Assembly: GCA_001643675.2 (NCBI GenBank)
Contig: LSRY02000064.1
Location: forward strand, 186,001 to 250,000
Direction of reading: 5' to 3'
DNA: 64,000 bases
From: Monocercomonoides exilis PA203
Lineage: Eukaryota > Protista > Preaxostyla
In this document: one piece after another, positions 21,699 to 34,400 of the stretch
Numbering within the stretch: the first letter of the stretch is position 1
Layout: each line of letters opens with the position of its first letter
Made by a program: the position numbers and the translations under genes
The notes under the pieces: model-generated
Database searches by the model: none
What the model was told of the DNA's origin: nothing
The model's input: only the letters and a program-made list of their open reading frames with translations

Positions 21699-24198
21699 TC
21701 ATTGGTGCCAAAACCGGGACCTTTCGCGAAACCCGGAACCATTCGCAATCCAGAAATAAATTACTATTGTTGGCAATGCTTATTTCTTCTTCAAACAAAT
21801 ATAAGACAATTTTAAATATAAAATACTCGAAGGATAAATAAAATTTTATACGCACCACTCTCTCGTATTGATATAATATCTCACATGAAAAATGTCATAA
21901 AATTTCCTGATATTTGAGAAATATCAAAGAATTTTATGACGAAACAAAAACACACAGTGATAAAACAAAAAAGAAATAATGTTACATATGATTTTTCTTG
22001 ATTTCACTTTGTGTTTTTTCAAAACGGATTTTTTATTGGTTCAATCAATTCCAAAATGCGTTATGGAAAAAACTCAAACAAACATTTACAAGTTGCAAAA
22101 AGTTATTGCAAAATCTTGTTATAGAAAAATTAAATCCAGATCGCAAAAACTTTTTGAAGCAAAGAAAGAAATTCCAATTGCATGCAGAGAAGCTACGAAA
22201 GCGCAGTTGATTTCTAAATCATCTTGGTACCGTGCAAAAAAAGCAGAAAAGGAAGGGCGAGAAGTTGGAAGGATTGGTCGGGAACTTGCGATTTCAGATT
22301 CAGAATTGGAAATAATAGAGAATCAGGTGTTATCGAAATTATCTGAACATGAAATAGTTAAAGTTTCAGATGTCCAATCAATGGTATTTCTATTTTTTTG
22401 TTTGAAATTTTATTTATTTTCTTTATTTCAGTGCGTTGAGTTGAAGCAAAAAAGAAATGAGAGTGCAAACAAAGAGGTAAACTTTGATAAGAAATATGCT
22501 TACAAATTGTTGAAAAGAAGCGAAATCATTCACACTGCTGTCGCGAAACCGTTGGAAGCTGCAAAGATTATTGCACAATCACCAGAATCCATTAGAACTT
22601 GGTTTGCTGATTTGGCTGACTTGGTTAAAAAGCATAATATCGTTGGATCAGCCATTTTCAATTTTGACGAAACTTCTGTTCGATGTGGACAAGAAGCGTC
22701 AAAACTTGTTGTTTGCCTGAAGGATCAACTTCCTCCTTCACCTCCAGCTCCACAAAAGGTCTCTAATGCAACAATGTGTTTCTGTGTTTGTGCTGATGGC
22801 TCATGTTTGAATCATTATTTGCTCTGGCCAAACAGGACGATTTCTGCCGAGTTTTCGAATCTTCCTTCTTTTTCCATCAAATATCTTTACGCAAGCTCCG
22901 GATGGATCACAAACGATTTGTTTAAGACGATTTTTATCAATGATTGGTTGATTCAAATAAAAGAGAAAGTGAAGCCAACTCGCTTGAGGAGAGCATTAAT
23001 TCTAATGGATAATCATGTAACGCATTTCTGCCCTGAAGTTATTGCAGCCGCAAAAAATTCCCATATAATAATTAAGTATTTCCCTCCGAATATGACTCAT
23101 TTACTACAACCTTGCGATAGTTGCATTTTTTCCAGGTTTAAATCTGTGCTTAACAACCAGCTTCATATTCCACATCCTTTCTCATTGCATTCTTATAGGT
23201 TTGCTTTGTCCCAAGTTCTTCCTGATGCTATTGCTGCAGCAATTCAGCCTTCAACAATTAGAACTGCATTTTTGAAAACAGGCGTTTGGCCTATAACAGC
23301 AACTGAAGTTCTATCACGAGTTTGTGGATCTTCAAAGCAAATCTTTGGAGAGAAGAAAGCTATCAAGTCATCTACGGATCTTCAATCAGAATTGTTCGGA
23401 AAATTTTCACCGACAAAGAAAATGGATAAAAAACCAAATTTTGATGAAAAATCTGCAATTACACAACCAAGTTGCCTTAAAGATACAGAGGACTTACAAA
23501 GAGAGCTGGATGTTTTATGCAACCGTGTTGTACAAATAAAGAAGCAGTTGGAAGGCGCAACAGAACCAAAGAATGATGAGGATGAAAACTTGAACGTGAT
23601 GAAAAAAGTGAAAGTGACAATTATGAATGAAGAAAATACGATATCTGACACGAAGAAATCTGAAAAAAGAAGAATGCTGGATATTCTTCAAGATGATATA
23701 GATACATTTGAAGTAGATGAATTAAAAGAATCAATCGCCAAAACAAAGGGGAAGGCAAAACGTGTGACAGCTTCAAGAGTGAGACATGTTGGCATAATAA
23801 CAAGATGCATATCTCCAATAATCTCTCAAAAAGAAAAGGAGGCTCGCGAAAACTACTTCTTGAAAAAGAAAATGCTAGAAGAAAACGATGAATAAAGAAA
23901 TCAAAATCGATTCATCATTTGTTCAATTAGCTGTTGACCATATCTTTATTGTTGTTCAGAAGTGTTTATCATATGCAAAGAAACATGTTATTCTGGTTTT
24001 CAATATCGTTGTATGGTTTTTCTATCATTTCGTCGGTTTTGAAACCGTTTGATAACAAAAATGCAAAAGTTTTTTAAATTTATTGTTAAACAAAGGAGAA
24101 TTTAAAAAAAAAATTCCATAAAATGAAAAATATTATCAATGTTCAGTTTCATAAAAAGTTCCGGGTTTCGCGAAAGGTCCCGGTTTTGACACCAATGG
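21699..24198 (+). mobile_element. pogo/Fot1-like DNA transposon, 2.5 kb, ~41-bp TIRs, TA target duplication
   Basis: TA|TCATTGGTGCCAAAACCGGGACCTTTCGCGAAACCCGGAAC ... GTTCCGGGTTTCGCGAAAGGTCCCGGTTTTGACACCAATGG|TA, with two mismatches between the TIRs. Confidence 0.92.
21979..23895 (+). CDS. pogo-type DDE_1 transposase (DD35D)
   Basis: NFDET, SSGWIT, LIMDNH and PPNMTHLLQPCD motifs, with 35 residues between D2 and D3. Likely in-frame 48-bp intron at 22384-22431. The true start may be downstream (MEKTQ). Confidence 0.92.
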   Translation: MLHMIFLDFTLCFFKTDFLLVQSIPKCVMEKTQTNIYKLQKVIAKSCYRKIKSRSQKLFEAKKEIPIACREATKAQLISKSSWYRAKKAEKEGREVGRIGRELAISDSELEIIENQVLSKLSEHEIVKVSDVQSMVFLFFCLKFYLFSLFQCVELKQKRNESANKEVNFDKKYAYKLLKRSEIIHTAVAKPLEAAKIIAQSPESIRTWFADLADLVKKHNIVGSAIFNFDETSVRCGQEASKLVVCLKDQLPPSPPAPQKVSNATMCFCVCADGSCLNHYLLWPNRTISAEFSNLPSFSIKYLYASSGWITNDLFKTIFINDWLIQIKEKVKPTRLRRALILMDNHVTHFCPEVIAAAKNSHIIIKYFPPNMTHLLQPCDSCIFSRFKSVLNNQLHIPHPFSLHSYRFALSQVLPDAIAAAIQPSTIRTAFLKTGVWPITATEVLSRVCGSSKQIFGEKKAIKSSTDLQSELFGKFSPTKKMDKKPNFDEKSAITQPSCLKDTEDLQRELDVLCNRVVQIKKQLEGATEPKNDEDENLNVMKKVKVTIMNEENTISDTKKSEKRRMLDILQDDIDTFEVDELKESIAKTKGKAKRVTASRVRHVGIITRCISPIISQKEKEARENYFLKKKMLEENDE

Positions 24199-24199
24199 T

Positions 24200-25520
24200 A
24201 TGAAGATGAAGTGGAAGAAGAGGAAGAAAAAGAAGAAGAAACAGAAGGAGAAGGAGAAGAAGAAAAGGAAGAGGAAAAAGAAGAAGGAGCAATTGGAACA
24301 GCAGAAGAGGAAGAATAAGAGATGGAAGACGTGTTAACTTCTGTTTTTTCAGAAAGCTGTGATTGAGCTGGGAGATTTGCATTGGTAAGCATTGATTCAA
24401 AAGACAAGGAAGTTTGCGTGGGCGCTGCTTTGACAGGAAAAACAGGACGAGAAGAAGGAAGCTTAGAAAAGGGAATGGAAGCATTTTGAACTGAAGAAGA
24501 AGAAGAAGATGATGATGATAGCGATATTGTTGTTGAAGGACACATCAAAGAACCCATGAAGCGCGAGAAAAATGCCTGACACGGTGAATGCACAGGTGTT
24601 GCAGTTGAAGAAACATCAATTGGCTTCCCAGTCGATTCTGCAAGCGCTTCAGAGCATTCAAGTGTCTGCATTTGGTTCTGTTTCCTTTGCCTCAGATCCT
24701 CATCCTCCTCCACCACTTCTTCCTTCTTCTTCTTCTTCTTCTTCTTCTTCCTATTCTTCTTCCTATTATTCTTTTTCTTCTCTTTCTCTTTCTCCTTCTC
24801 CTTCTCCTTCTCCTTCTCCTTATCACATGCCTTTTGAGACGCCGATGATTGCCACATCACATCCTGCGCATGTTGCATCGTCAGCATCGCCTGGTTTGTC
24901 TGATTGACAGCTGTTTTGAATGTGAATAGAACAACCACAAAAACACGGGCAAGAACAAGAGCAATGTGGAGAACAACAAAAATGGAGGTGGAAGATCTGA
25001 AGGGGTTGTTGTGTGTTTGGTGGTGGGTGGATGAAAGGAGAGAAGAATTCACAATGGAAAAAGAAGAGCAAGAGGAGGAAGAAGAAGGAGGAGGAGGAGG
25101 ATTAAATTGTAGTTGTCTCGACAGATGAACTTTTAACGAAGAAAAAGTTTTTTGTTGAACAACATGTTTATTTTGAACCCAATTGTTCTCGAGTTTAATC
25201 CTGTGCTTTTTTTTCATTTGAAAAAGCTCATCTGTTTTTTTCGCTGTTTCTTTTTTCTTTGTTATTTCTCTCAAAGCACTTTTTTCTTCTTCACATTCAA
25301 AAATCTTGTAAATAAGATACGCAGTTTCAACAACTTGTATCTCTTCATCTGGTAAAAGTTTCAATCGAGTTCTGTGCAGGGATCGAAATGGACGCCTTTT
25401 TGCTCCAATGCATAGGTCGAGATGGATGGTGGATGAAGAGTGTCAAATACATCAAGCTCGATGTGTATGGTTGACATCTTTAAAGAAGAAGATAATGAAT
25501 GAAGAAGATTTGTGGTGGGA
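24200..25520 (-). pseudogene. Fragment of a Ser/Lys-rich host-type gene, truncated by the pogo element
   Basis: The low-complexity ORF (poly-S, KEKEKE, poly-K) reads straight into the pogo right TIR (…TSSSY|HWCQNRD). Confidence 0.5.
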
Positions 25521-25839
25521 GGACGATATTGAAGATGAGAAATGGGAAAAGAAAATTTTGTTCGTTGAATAAAAGCCAGATATTGCGATAGACTGAGTGT
25601 GCAGATTAGAGGAAAGCTGATCAATTGGAAAGAAGCGAACGAATAATCAGATTCAATATGACGTGAAAAAGCATATTGATGGCATAAAAATGCGTTGATG
25701 TGTTGCTTCGCTTTGATGATGAAAACCATGCAATGAGGAGCGAGAAAAGAGCAGGAAATAGTTGTGGAGAATTGAAAAAAATGATTCAGCAAATGAATTT
25801 AAATAATGTGTATTGCATGTAGATACTTTTAATAAATTT

Positions 25840-26675
25840 GATACACAGCATACAGTGATTTCCGTGACAGCTTTACTAAAGGGAATTATTTGTGTCTGAA
25901 CAAATGTTGAACCAAGAAGGGTGAGGAAGGCATCTTGGAGAAGGGAAATGAAGCCAGTGAGGGCATACTCGACGGCTGCACACGGAATCTGTTGAGGTCT
26001 GCCACAGACATCAACATCACTTCCACCATTTGAGACTATTCTGTTCTGGGCGATGAGGGGGAGCCAGCCATTGAAAGTTTCATTGTCTGCTTGTCCATTA
26101 TTCCACAATCTTTGTGTTAGAGTTGTTGATCCACACTGATTGAATGGTGATTGGGTGATGGCATTACCACTGAAAAACACATCGTTTCCTCTTCCATTTG
26201 TTGCAGTATTTCCATCGAAGAAGCAGAATGAGATGAATTTTATTCCATTCATCCAAAAATAAGTGTTCCAAAAATACATTCCTGCACCTCCATAATTGGC
26301 AGAGGCAGTCAATTTGTTATTAATAAATCGGCAATCATCAATCAAAAACTGAGTTGGTTTATTAATTGGTGGATTTGCAAATGTTAATGATCCCGCAGCA
26401 TCACCACCAGAATTAGCAATGCACTTGCATTTGGTGAGCAGGAATAAGAGCATTTTCTGGCATATCATACACATGAAAATGCCAACCAGTTCCATAAATG
26501 CCCTTAATATTACAACCTCCCACTCTATTATCTGAGAATGAATAAACAGAAGATGATTGTCGACCATCAATGCAAATTGCACCTCCATGCAACGCCGAAC
26601 AACCTGTTGAATTTGATTTTGATTTATTCTCATTTTGTTAACTGCAACAGCATAAAGCTCAACCTGCAGCGTCAT
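25840..26675 (-). pseudogene. Frameshifted fragment of a Pmp/adhesin-like beta-helix surface-protein family
   Basis: GGAICIDG (other frame), CRFINN...YGGAGMYF, FFDGNTATNGRGNDVFF, VSNGGSDVDVCG...PCAAVEYAL. Confidence 0.7.
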
Positions 26676-27369
26676 AATAACAATAATTAAATTCTTGAAT
26701 TATTTTCTTTGAATATGTTTTTCAAATCTATTTTATTATTGGTTTCTTTTTTTCCCCATAATTAAATTTCTTCATAATCATTTGAAAAGATAACAATCAA
26801 AGCTTTCTTGCAGGTTGTTTTCGGAACAACATTATAATGTTTGTATTAATTTTTCGTTGATTAATTTTTCAAAGCTAAATTGAGACTCTCAGCTTGTTCA
26901 ACGTTCCTTATTGTTAGTGACTTTATCTCTTCAAAAATACCATTTGAACAATCTGAAAAAGCATCAAAAAACATATCGTTTATAACAATCTAACTTATGA
27001 GCATCGTTAGTATCCATAGAATCAATTTATTCACACGAAGGTTGAATTTCCATAAAACGATGCTTTATCTTAAAAAACATTGACTGATAAAAATAAGAAA
27101 GAATATTCAAGGTTAAGACTTTTTATTGCTTCGTTCAATACTCGCGTTAATTGTTCACTATGATACACTGTGTTACTCTTTCATAGAAATATTTCATTTC
27201 TTCGAAATCCCAATTGCACTTGTTAAGGTTATTTCTTCTCGCATGCAATACTCTTTTGCAATGGAAACCCGAAAATAATCAAATACAAGAAAAATGACTA
27301 AAACACTCGAGTGGAAAATTCTTATCTCATGTTAAATGCGAACAAATGATATTCCTTTCAAAAGTCATC

Positions 27370-28356
27370 TAGGGTTACACTTTTACTCTGACCTATATTT
27401 TACCCCCACCCTTTTTTTTGTGGAGCTGGCTACGGCTTTATACAAGCCTGTAGCCAACAAAAAATAACTAGAAATGTTTATTTTTATATATTTAACTTTT
27501 ACAGAAAAAATTTTCGTAAAAAAATTTTTTAACTTTGAGATCTCGGTATTTTTTAATTTTATTTTTTGATCATTGAATGATGGTCTTTCCATGAATATAA
27601 CATTCTGGAAGTTTAATGAAACATCATCATAACACAGCATTTCCTTTTTATTGTTTTTATAACTTTTCACATTTCACAATTTTCTTTTTCACCTGTTTTC
27701 TCATTTCATCGACTTTTCGAAAAAATGCAATTTCATAAGGAATGATGAATTTTTGAAAAAATTTTTAAGATTATTCTTAATATATGATAAAATGTTAATA
27801 ATGTTGATATACAAATAAGTTTTTCAAATTTGATTTTAAATAGAAAAATCAAAACTTCCGAAATTGATGTTTTTCATTTTTCTAACCAGTAACATTTTTT
27901 CAGCAAAAAATAATATGAGTATGCAACAAAATATTGAGTTTAAAATGAGGTGCAGCTCACAAAATTTAAAAATTGTTTTTCACACACTAAATAATTTCAT
28001 TATTTCGAAAAGTCGATGAAATGAGAAAACAGGTGAAAAAGAAAATTGTGAAATGTGAAAAGTTATAAAAACAATAAAAAGGAAATGCTGTGTTATGATG
28101 ATGTTTCATTAAACTTCCAGAATGTTATATTCATGGAAAGACCATCATTCAATGATCAAAAAATAAAATTAAAAAATACCGAGATCTCAAAGTTAAAAAA
28201 TTTTTTTACGAAAATTTTTTCTGTAAAAGTTAAATATATAAAAATAAACATTTCTAGTTATTTTTTGTTGGCTACAGGCTTGTATAAAGCCGTAGCCAGC
28301 TCCACAAAAAAAAGGGTGGGGGTAAAAAAAGGGTCATAGGTAAAAGTGTAACCCTA
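27370..28356. mobile_element. Non-autonomous foldback element: ~353-bp inverted arms and a 280-bp spacer
   Basis: Arms 27370-27722 and 28003-28356 are near-identical reverse complements. Termini are (TA)GGGTTACACTTTTAC...GTAAAAGTGTAACCC(TA). Confidence 0.88.
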
Positions 28357-28534
28357 CTCAATATTCATTATTAAAATCATAATATATGAAACTGCATGTG
28401 CAACTTTTTCTTTTCATTCATTAATTAATATTTCAATTATCCAAAGTTGATTTTCTGAAAAATTCAAAATTTGTCAGATCATTCAGATTCATTTCGAAAT
28501 TATTGATCAGAAAACTGCAAAAAACGTGACATGA

Positions 28535-30526
28535 TTAAAGTGTAATAGGTTTGTCTTTTAATCCAATGCTCTTTGATTTAATATGGCTTCGCAGAATTTT
28601 TTTCATTTTGGTCGATAAAACTTTTTTCTTTTCTTTCAAGGATCTTTTTTTCGCCTGAAAATCTATTATTTCACAAAATCGATCAGCTTCCATGCGAAGA
28701 ACTTTAATACATGGAAAATCTGTTTGCTTTATGAATCGTCCACTTTTCGACCTGAGCCTTGATACTGCTTTTCTTTTTAAATTCTTGCTTCTGCTTGGGA
28801 TGATAGTTTCTGAATCTGAAATTATTTTCGAGAACTTCTTTCTTGAATATAAGTTTGTTGTTCCACAAGTTATTTCATCTTTATCATCCTTCTCCTCCTT
28901 CTCCTCCTTCTCCATCTCCTTCTCTTCCTTCTCCATCTCCTTCTCCTCCTTCTCCATCTCCTTCTCCTCCTTCTCCATCTCCTTCTCTTCCTTCTCCATC
29001 TCCTTCTCCTCCTTCTCCATCTCCTTCTCCTCCTTCTCCATCTCCTTCTCTTCCTTCTCCATCTCCTTCTCTTCCTTCTCCATCTCCTTCTCCTCCTTCT
29101 CCATCTCCTTCTCCTCCTTCGCCATCTCCTTCTCTTCCTTCTCCATCTCCTTCTCTTCCTTCTCCATCTCCTTCTCCTCCTTCGCCATCTCCTTCTCTTC
29201 CTTCTCCATCTCCTTCTCTTCCTTCTCCATCTCCTTCTCTTCTTTCTCCATCTCCTGCTCCTTTTGCTTATTTTCTTTTTTTCTTTCCTCTTTTTCAAAC
29301 GTTTTATTTTTTTTTCTTTTCGTTATCTCAACTATTTTTGTTTCGTTTTCTATTTTTGCTGGATCATCTTCACTGTCAAATTCATCAATCATTCTGATTT
29401 TTCTGTTTTCGCGTGCTCTTTCTTTTTTCAGTTTTGATGATTCTTTTCTGTTCCGAATAAAATTATCTAAATCTTCTTCATGAAAAAGTTCAATAACGTT
29501 TTCTGTTTCTTTTTCATTTTTTTTCATCATATATATTGATTGCTGCAATATTTTTTCTTTTTCAATCACACTTCTTATTTCCATTTCACATGATTCATAT
29601 GTCAACAAATATGAATTCAATTCATTTCTATTGATTAAGCACATATCACAAATTAACTTTGCAATTGATTTTTTTGTGTTAAACCTATATTGAAATTCCA
29701 GTGCATATTCCTTTGTCTGTTCAAGTACTCTACCACGCTTTCTCATGTGGCATTTAATATGAGACCACATACACTCGATGGTTTGAGTGTGAACATTTTT
29801 ATCTTCAGGTTTAACAAAATTTAATGAATGATTCACACAATCGTGTTTGTATCCTGCAATTTTTATACCTTGATAAGAAGACCACATATCAGAGTAAACT
29901 ATTGCGCTTTTATCAATATTCTTTTCTATGAAATACATGAGTGTTTCCTCAGTTCTGTTGGCAACAAATTCGACTTTGAAGTGCTGAGGTGCTCCTTCCA
30001 TCTTTCTTTCACACACACCCCACAGCCACTGTTGATCCTGAATTCTTCCTACTCCATTTTTTCTTTTGTGCACAAGTGTCTCGTCGATTTCAACGATTCG
30101 ATTTTTTCCAATTTTTTCAAAGCATTCCATCTCAATGAAACCGCAAATTCTTCTAATTTTTTGATTGAATTTTAAAACTGTTTTATTAGAAAGATTTGTT
30201 TCATGTGTTTCTTCGCTAATTGAATGCTTATACCAGAAATGAAATAGCAGGCAAATGAATTGAAATGGTGAAAATCTGGACTCTGAAAAGATAGTGAAAT
30301 GATTCCAGTTGAGTTTTTTTCCGAATTTTGAACATTTGTAATAAAATTCATCTCGTTTTCCACCATCAACAAAATGCATTTGGCTTCGACAGCAATGACA
30401 ATTGGAGTATTTTTTGATGAAATTGAAACTGTTCAATATCTTTATTGCAAAATCGCTGTTCCCATTTGACCGTTTAATAAATTCACATAAAGAAATTGTT
30501 TCGAAAATGTTCTTATAATCCTCCAT
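28535..30526 (-). CDS. Merlin/ISXO2-like (IS1595 family) DDE transposase with a long E/K-rich C-terminal extension
   Basis: VEIDET (D1), [23 protein letters not shown] (D2), [18 protein letters not shown] (E), and an N-terminal CHCC...KC zinc ribbon. Confidence 0.93.
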   Translation of the reverse strand: MEDYKNIFETISLCEFIKRSNGNSDFAIKILNSFNFIKKYSNCHCCRSQMHFVDGGKRDEFYYKCSKFGKKLNWNHFTIFSESRFSPFQFICLLFHFWYKHSISEETHETNLSNKTVLKFNQKIRRICGFIEMECFEKIGKNRIVEIDETLVHKRKNGVGRIQDQQWLWGVCERKMEGAPQHFKVEFVANRTEETLMYFIEKNIDKSAIVYSDMWSSYQGIKIAGYKHDCVNHSLNFVKPEDKNVHTQTIECMWSHIKCHMRKRGRVLEQTKEYALEFQYRFNTKKSIAKLICDMCLINRNELNSYLLTYESCEMEIRSVIEKEKILQQSIYMMKKNEKETENVIELFHEEDLDNFIRNRKESSKLKKERARENRKIRMIDEFDSEDDPAKIENETKIVEITKRKKNKTFEKEERKKENKQKEQEMEKEEKEMEKEEKEMEKEEKEMAKEEKEMEKEEKEMEKEEKEMAKEEKEMEKEEKEMEKEEKEMEKEEKEMEKEEKEMEKEEKEMEKEEKEMEKEEKEMEKEEKEMEKEEKEMEKEEKEEKDDKDEITCGTTNLYSRKKFSKIISDSETIIPSRSKNLKRKAVSRLRSKSGRFIKQTDFPCIKVLRMEADRFCEIIDFQAKKRSLKEKKKVLSTKMKKILRSHIKSKSIGLKDKPITL
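28899..29255 (-). repeat. 21-bp tandem repeat, 17 copies, encoding EM(E/A)KEEK
   Basis: Counted directly (17 W in the shifted frame). The EMAKEEK variant occurs at copies 4 and 7. Confidence 0.95.
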
Positions 30527-31400
30527 CCTTTGGAACTTTAAAAGTTATTTGATCTTTGTTTTGAAAACGTTAATTTTGAATGATTGATCGATAACTTTAT
30601 AAAAAAAACTCGATAACATGCACATATGCATTCGATCAAAATTCAATGTTTCAAAATGAATTGATTTGATTGTTCAACATTCTAAATAAATATAAGTGAA
30701 ATTTTTGTATAAGAACATTTATAATTTTCTAAACAAAATTGAACATATTTTTATGAGTTGTTTTCAAGGAAACTGAAAAGAGATAATCGACAATTTAAAA
30801 ACTTAAGATTGAATCATATTTCTCGAAATATTCAAATATGGTTATTCGTTTTTTGATATGTTTTTTTTCTAACGAAAGAAATTGAAATGTTCAAAACGAT
30901 GTGCATATAAAGTTTTCCTTGCACAGAGAATGCTAATAGAAAAATCAACATATTCAAATTGATTACTGTCAAACTTTGAAACATTCAAAAGCATGTTTTT
31001 TTCACAATAAAAACAATCTCGTATGTTTTATCGTGTCAAGAGTGGAATTCTCAAGTTCGAATAAAATATTAATCAAATATCTAAATTCAACAATGATATG
31101 ACCTGTAGCTCTTGTTCATTTGAAATAAACAAATTGGTACTAAAATCTATCAAAGATTTGTTTTTGCAGTTAGAAAGAATATGAAGAATTTAATGAGTAT
31201 TCATGAAAAAGTCGAAATAAAAGTCAAATATTCTTCAGAACAACTATCTTAGAAGAGTTTTCATTCAGTTGAGCTGTATTACATAAAGATTGATTTTCAA
31301 TTATTGCAACTGAACATTTCAAGTGAAAAAGATGATTATGAAAATTTTTAATTAAGGGATTGATCACAAAAAATTTTTTAATGAAATTTATGTTGAAATA

Positions 31401-34400
31401 TGGGAGATTTTTTTTGAAATCATAAAAAATTCCGACGTTTGATCAAATATTATTTTCATTAAGGGTTTCATTGATTGGTATAAAAGAATAGTCCATTTCA
31501 TGAAAGTATTGCTTTATATGTTATTGTTATTATTTATTGGTTGTTTCGAGTTAGAAATTAATAGTTTTTATATTAAATTTTGAAAAAACATTAAAATCTG
31601 TTCAAAAAATGGCGAATCTTGAATAAACATAAGAAAAAATAAATTGAGACGTTATACTAGCATAATTCTCAAACTGTAATAACATTTTCATTCAATTTCA
31701 TAGAAAAAATTTTGTGATATAATATCATTGAAAAAATATTCTAATTTTTTTTTTGAATATCAATAATCATTTAAAAAAATGAATTTTCAAAAGCAAACGT
31801 TTTATATATATGTAAGAAATGCTTTATGTTTTTCAAGTAAATAATAATGAATAAGTGTTTCTGTTAAGTCAAAGAAATTAAAGAGAAGTTTTCAAAATTA
31901 ATTGATCAAAAAAATTATTATTAAAAGTTTTATTGAAAATGTGAAGAAAAAAGCGTTACGATACTAGAAGTTAAACTTAAGATAACTCAAAAGTGACCTA
32001 AGTGCATTTGCGACTTTCTGAAGCGCTATTCACACTTCTTTTCCCTCATCTTCCTCAAATGTCATCTCATACAATCTTTCTGCAACTTCCTCATTTTTGG
32101 TTCAGACTTTTGTCGTCTTGCTGCAAACCCTTTTTCTTTTTTGCTGGTCTCACAACTCTTCTCTATCTGTTCTGCTTCTGCATTCACTGGCAGCGCTGAA
32201 GAAGTTCCTTAAAAAGATCCTTCTGCACTGTTTATGTGTCCGAGGCTTTCCATTTTGCAGTTTGTACTTCCACTTGTGCGGCAACAAAGACAGATCTTCC
32301 AATAACGCAGTACGACACATGTTGCTACTCGAAACATTTTCAAAAATAGGTTGAGATACAAGCTGAGAACGTTCAACTCTGTGAAGATGTTACTGAGCTA
32401 TATGGCAAGCTAACTGTATTGGACTATGGAGCACAAAGGCAGTGACTCAGTTAAATGCAGCAAATGAACCATTAGGAGTGGGCAAAAGTCGAGCGGAGAG
32501 CTTGTGCATGAAGATGGCTGGAGCAGGAGATGAAGGACTTTGTGTCATTCAGATTAAACTCCAAAAGAAGAGAAAAGTGCATGGTTGCAGGTTGCATTTT
32601 GGAGCAGCTGGGCGGTATTTCCAATTGCGACACTTCGAAGGACAAAATTCCTTTTGCATAAGGTAGCATTTGCAGGATATGGAGGATTCATTCAATTTCA
32701 ACAAGGGAATGATCAGCTTCGATTTGAACTTTCTCAATGAACCATCTGATTCAAGATATTTGCATCCAATCCTTAGCATTCAATCCCTCTTATGTCGTAT
32801 TTCTGGATACACATGACTGATGTTGCGCTCACATGCAAAGTGTTTAACTTCCACTCACAAATGCACTCGGCTGATCCCAGAATATCTATCATTCATTCCA
32901 CTTAACCAAAAGAAGAGCCCGCGCACATCTGTATGCATCCTTGCACGATGAATCTTCTCTGACTCAACCGCTTGATGCAGCAGGCTATTTATTTACTAAC
33001 AACAAGGCCAAAAACTCACATTTCATCCCTCTGTCCATTATCAACCTCATTTTCGACTTGAACGAAACTTTTAACGGAAAGGGCATTTTTCTCCGCTTCT
33101 CAAACACCCTGTATCTAAAAAATGGAATTATCCTTTCCCTCATCTTTCCTAAGACCTCTTTCATAAAAAACTCCTTATCTGCAGATGTAAATTCTACGTT
33201 ACGTCTTTAACTTCGAAGTCTACATCCTCCCCTTTATTATTTTCTGTTGTATTCAACAGATATTCATTGATCAGGACACTGAATCCTCTGTCCGCCAGTG
33301 TAGTTAACAGCTTGTCCCATGCACCTTCCTCTCCACAGCCGTCTTCCACTTCATCCATTTCATCGGCAACATCTGTATCAGCTCCTTCTCCTCCTTCAAC
33401 GCCCTGACCTCCCTTGCAGACATCCAATTCAAGTCTATGTCTGGAAGTCTTGTCCCTGTTCACATCTCCACAACCATCCCCATTTCTTCTGATCTATCTT
33501 CTGATCTGTCTCCAGACCACTCTGATGTTGTTGCCTTTCTCAACTCCTGGATCTTCTCTAACTTCCACTTCTCCTTCCACTCCTCGTGCATAAGCAAACT
33601 CTTCCTTCTTCTGAATCCTCGATGGATCCCTCTGTATGCGCCCCTCCTTCTTCTTCTGCTTCTTCTGTACCATATCAGCCAGAAAGCTCCCTCAGCATGA
33701 TTCACTCCTTCTTCATTTCCATTTCTTTCGATCTGCCCAGCAGCAACACATACGAGTGAAACAGCAGCAGAGCCTGTGTAGCAGCCAACGAAACCATTGC
33801 CAAGAGAGGGGCTCCATCTTCTCTTGGGAGCACATTAGTTTTCCGCTGTCGCTCTTCATCACAACTTGAGTAATGCTCAATAAGCAAAGGAACTCAGTCG
33901 CTGCTGAAAGCTCCTTCAGCGACCCATCAGGAAACAACGAAATGAACACCGCCGATGGTTCACGATGTGGAATTTTCATGTGAAATGACATTTATCTCTT
34001 GGCCGGAATAACAAAACTGGACGCATTCTCCTCACTTACTAGTCCAGCGAGCACCGCTGAAGCCTCAGGTCGTTTGTTCGCTTCTTGTCCAGCACTTTCA
34101 CCACCACGACGAGCTTCACATCTCCATCTCGACATTCTCCTCTTGCAACCTCATCATTAATTCAGTCATCAACTTTTACTTCGGAAGAGCAGCAACTTTC
34201 TGCAGAAGAACCCTGTATTGCAAGAATGTTCGCAAAAGGTGATATTGCATGTGTGAGAAGTCAAATTTCTGAAGTACAACACTAAGGGCAACTCATTTGA
34301 CAATCTGCGAGGAGGATGAAATTGAAAGGAAAGAAAAAAAAGTTAAGGAAGAGAAGATAAAATCGAATAAATAATAATGATTATGAAGAAAAGAAAAAGG

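Noticed and set aside
27383-28339. Twin 95/94-aa ORFs MKSYKNNKK...
   Set aside because: Artefact of the inverted arms. They have non-ATG starts, AT-rich composition and no recognisable domain.
28692-29483. (SP)n, (FSIS)n and (RRRW)n ORFs
   Set aside because: Alternative frames of the 21-bp repeat in the Merlin transposase.
27370-30526. Foldback arms as the TIR pair of the Merlin transposase
   Set aside because: The transposase lies outside both arms, and no matching end was found upstream of its start.
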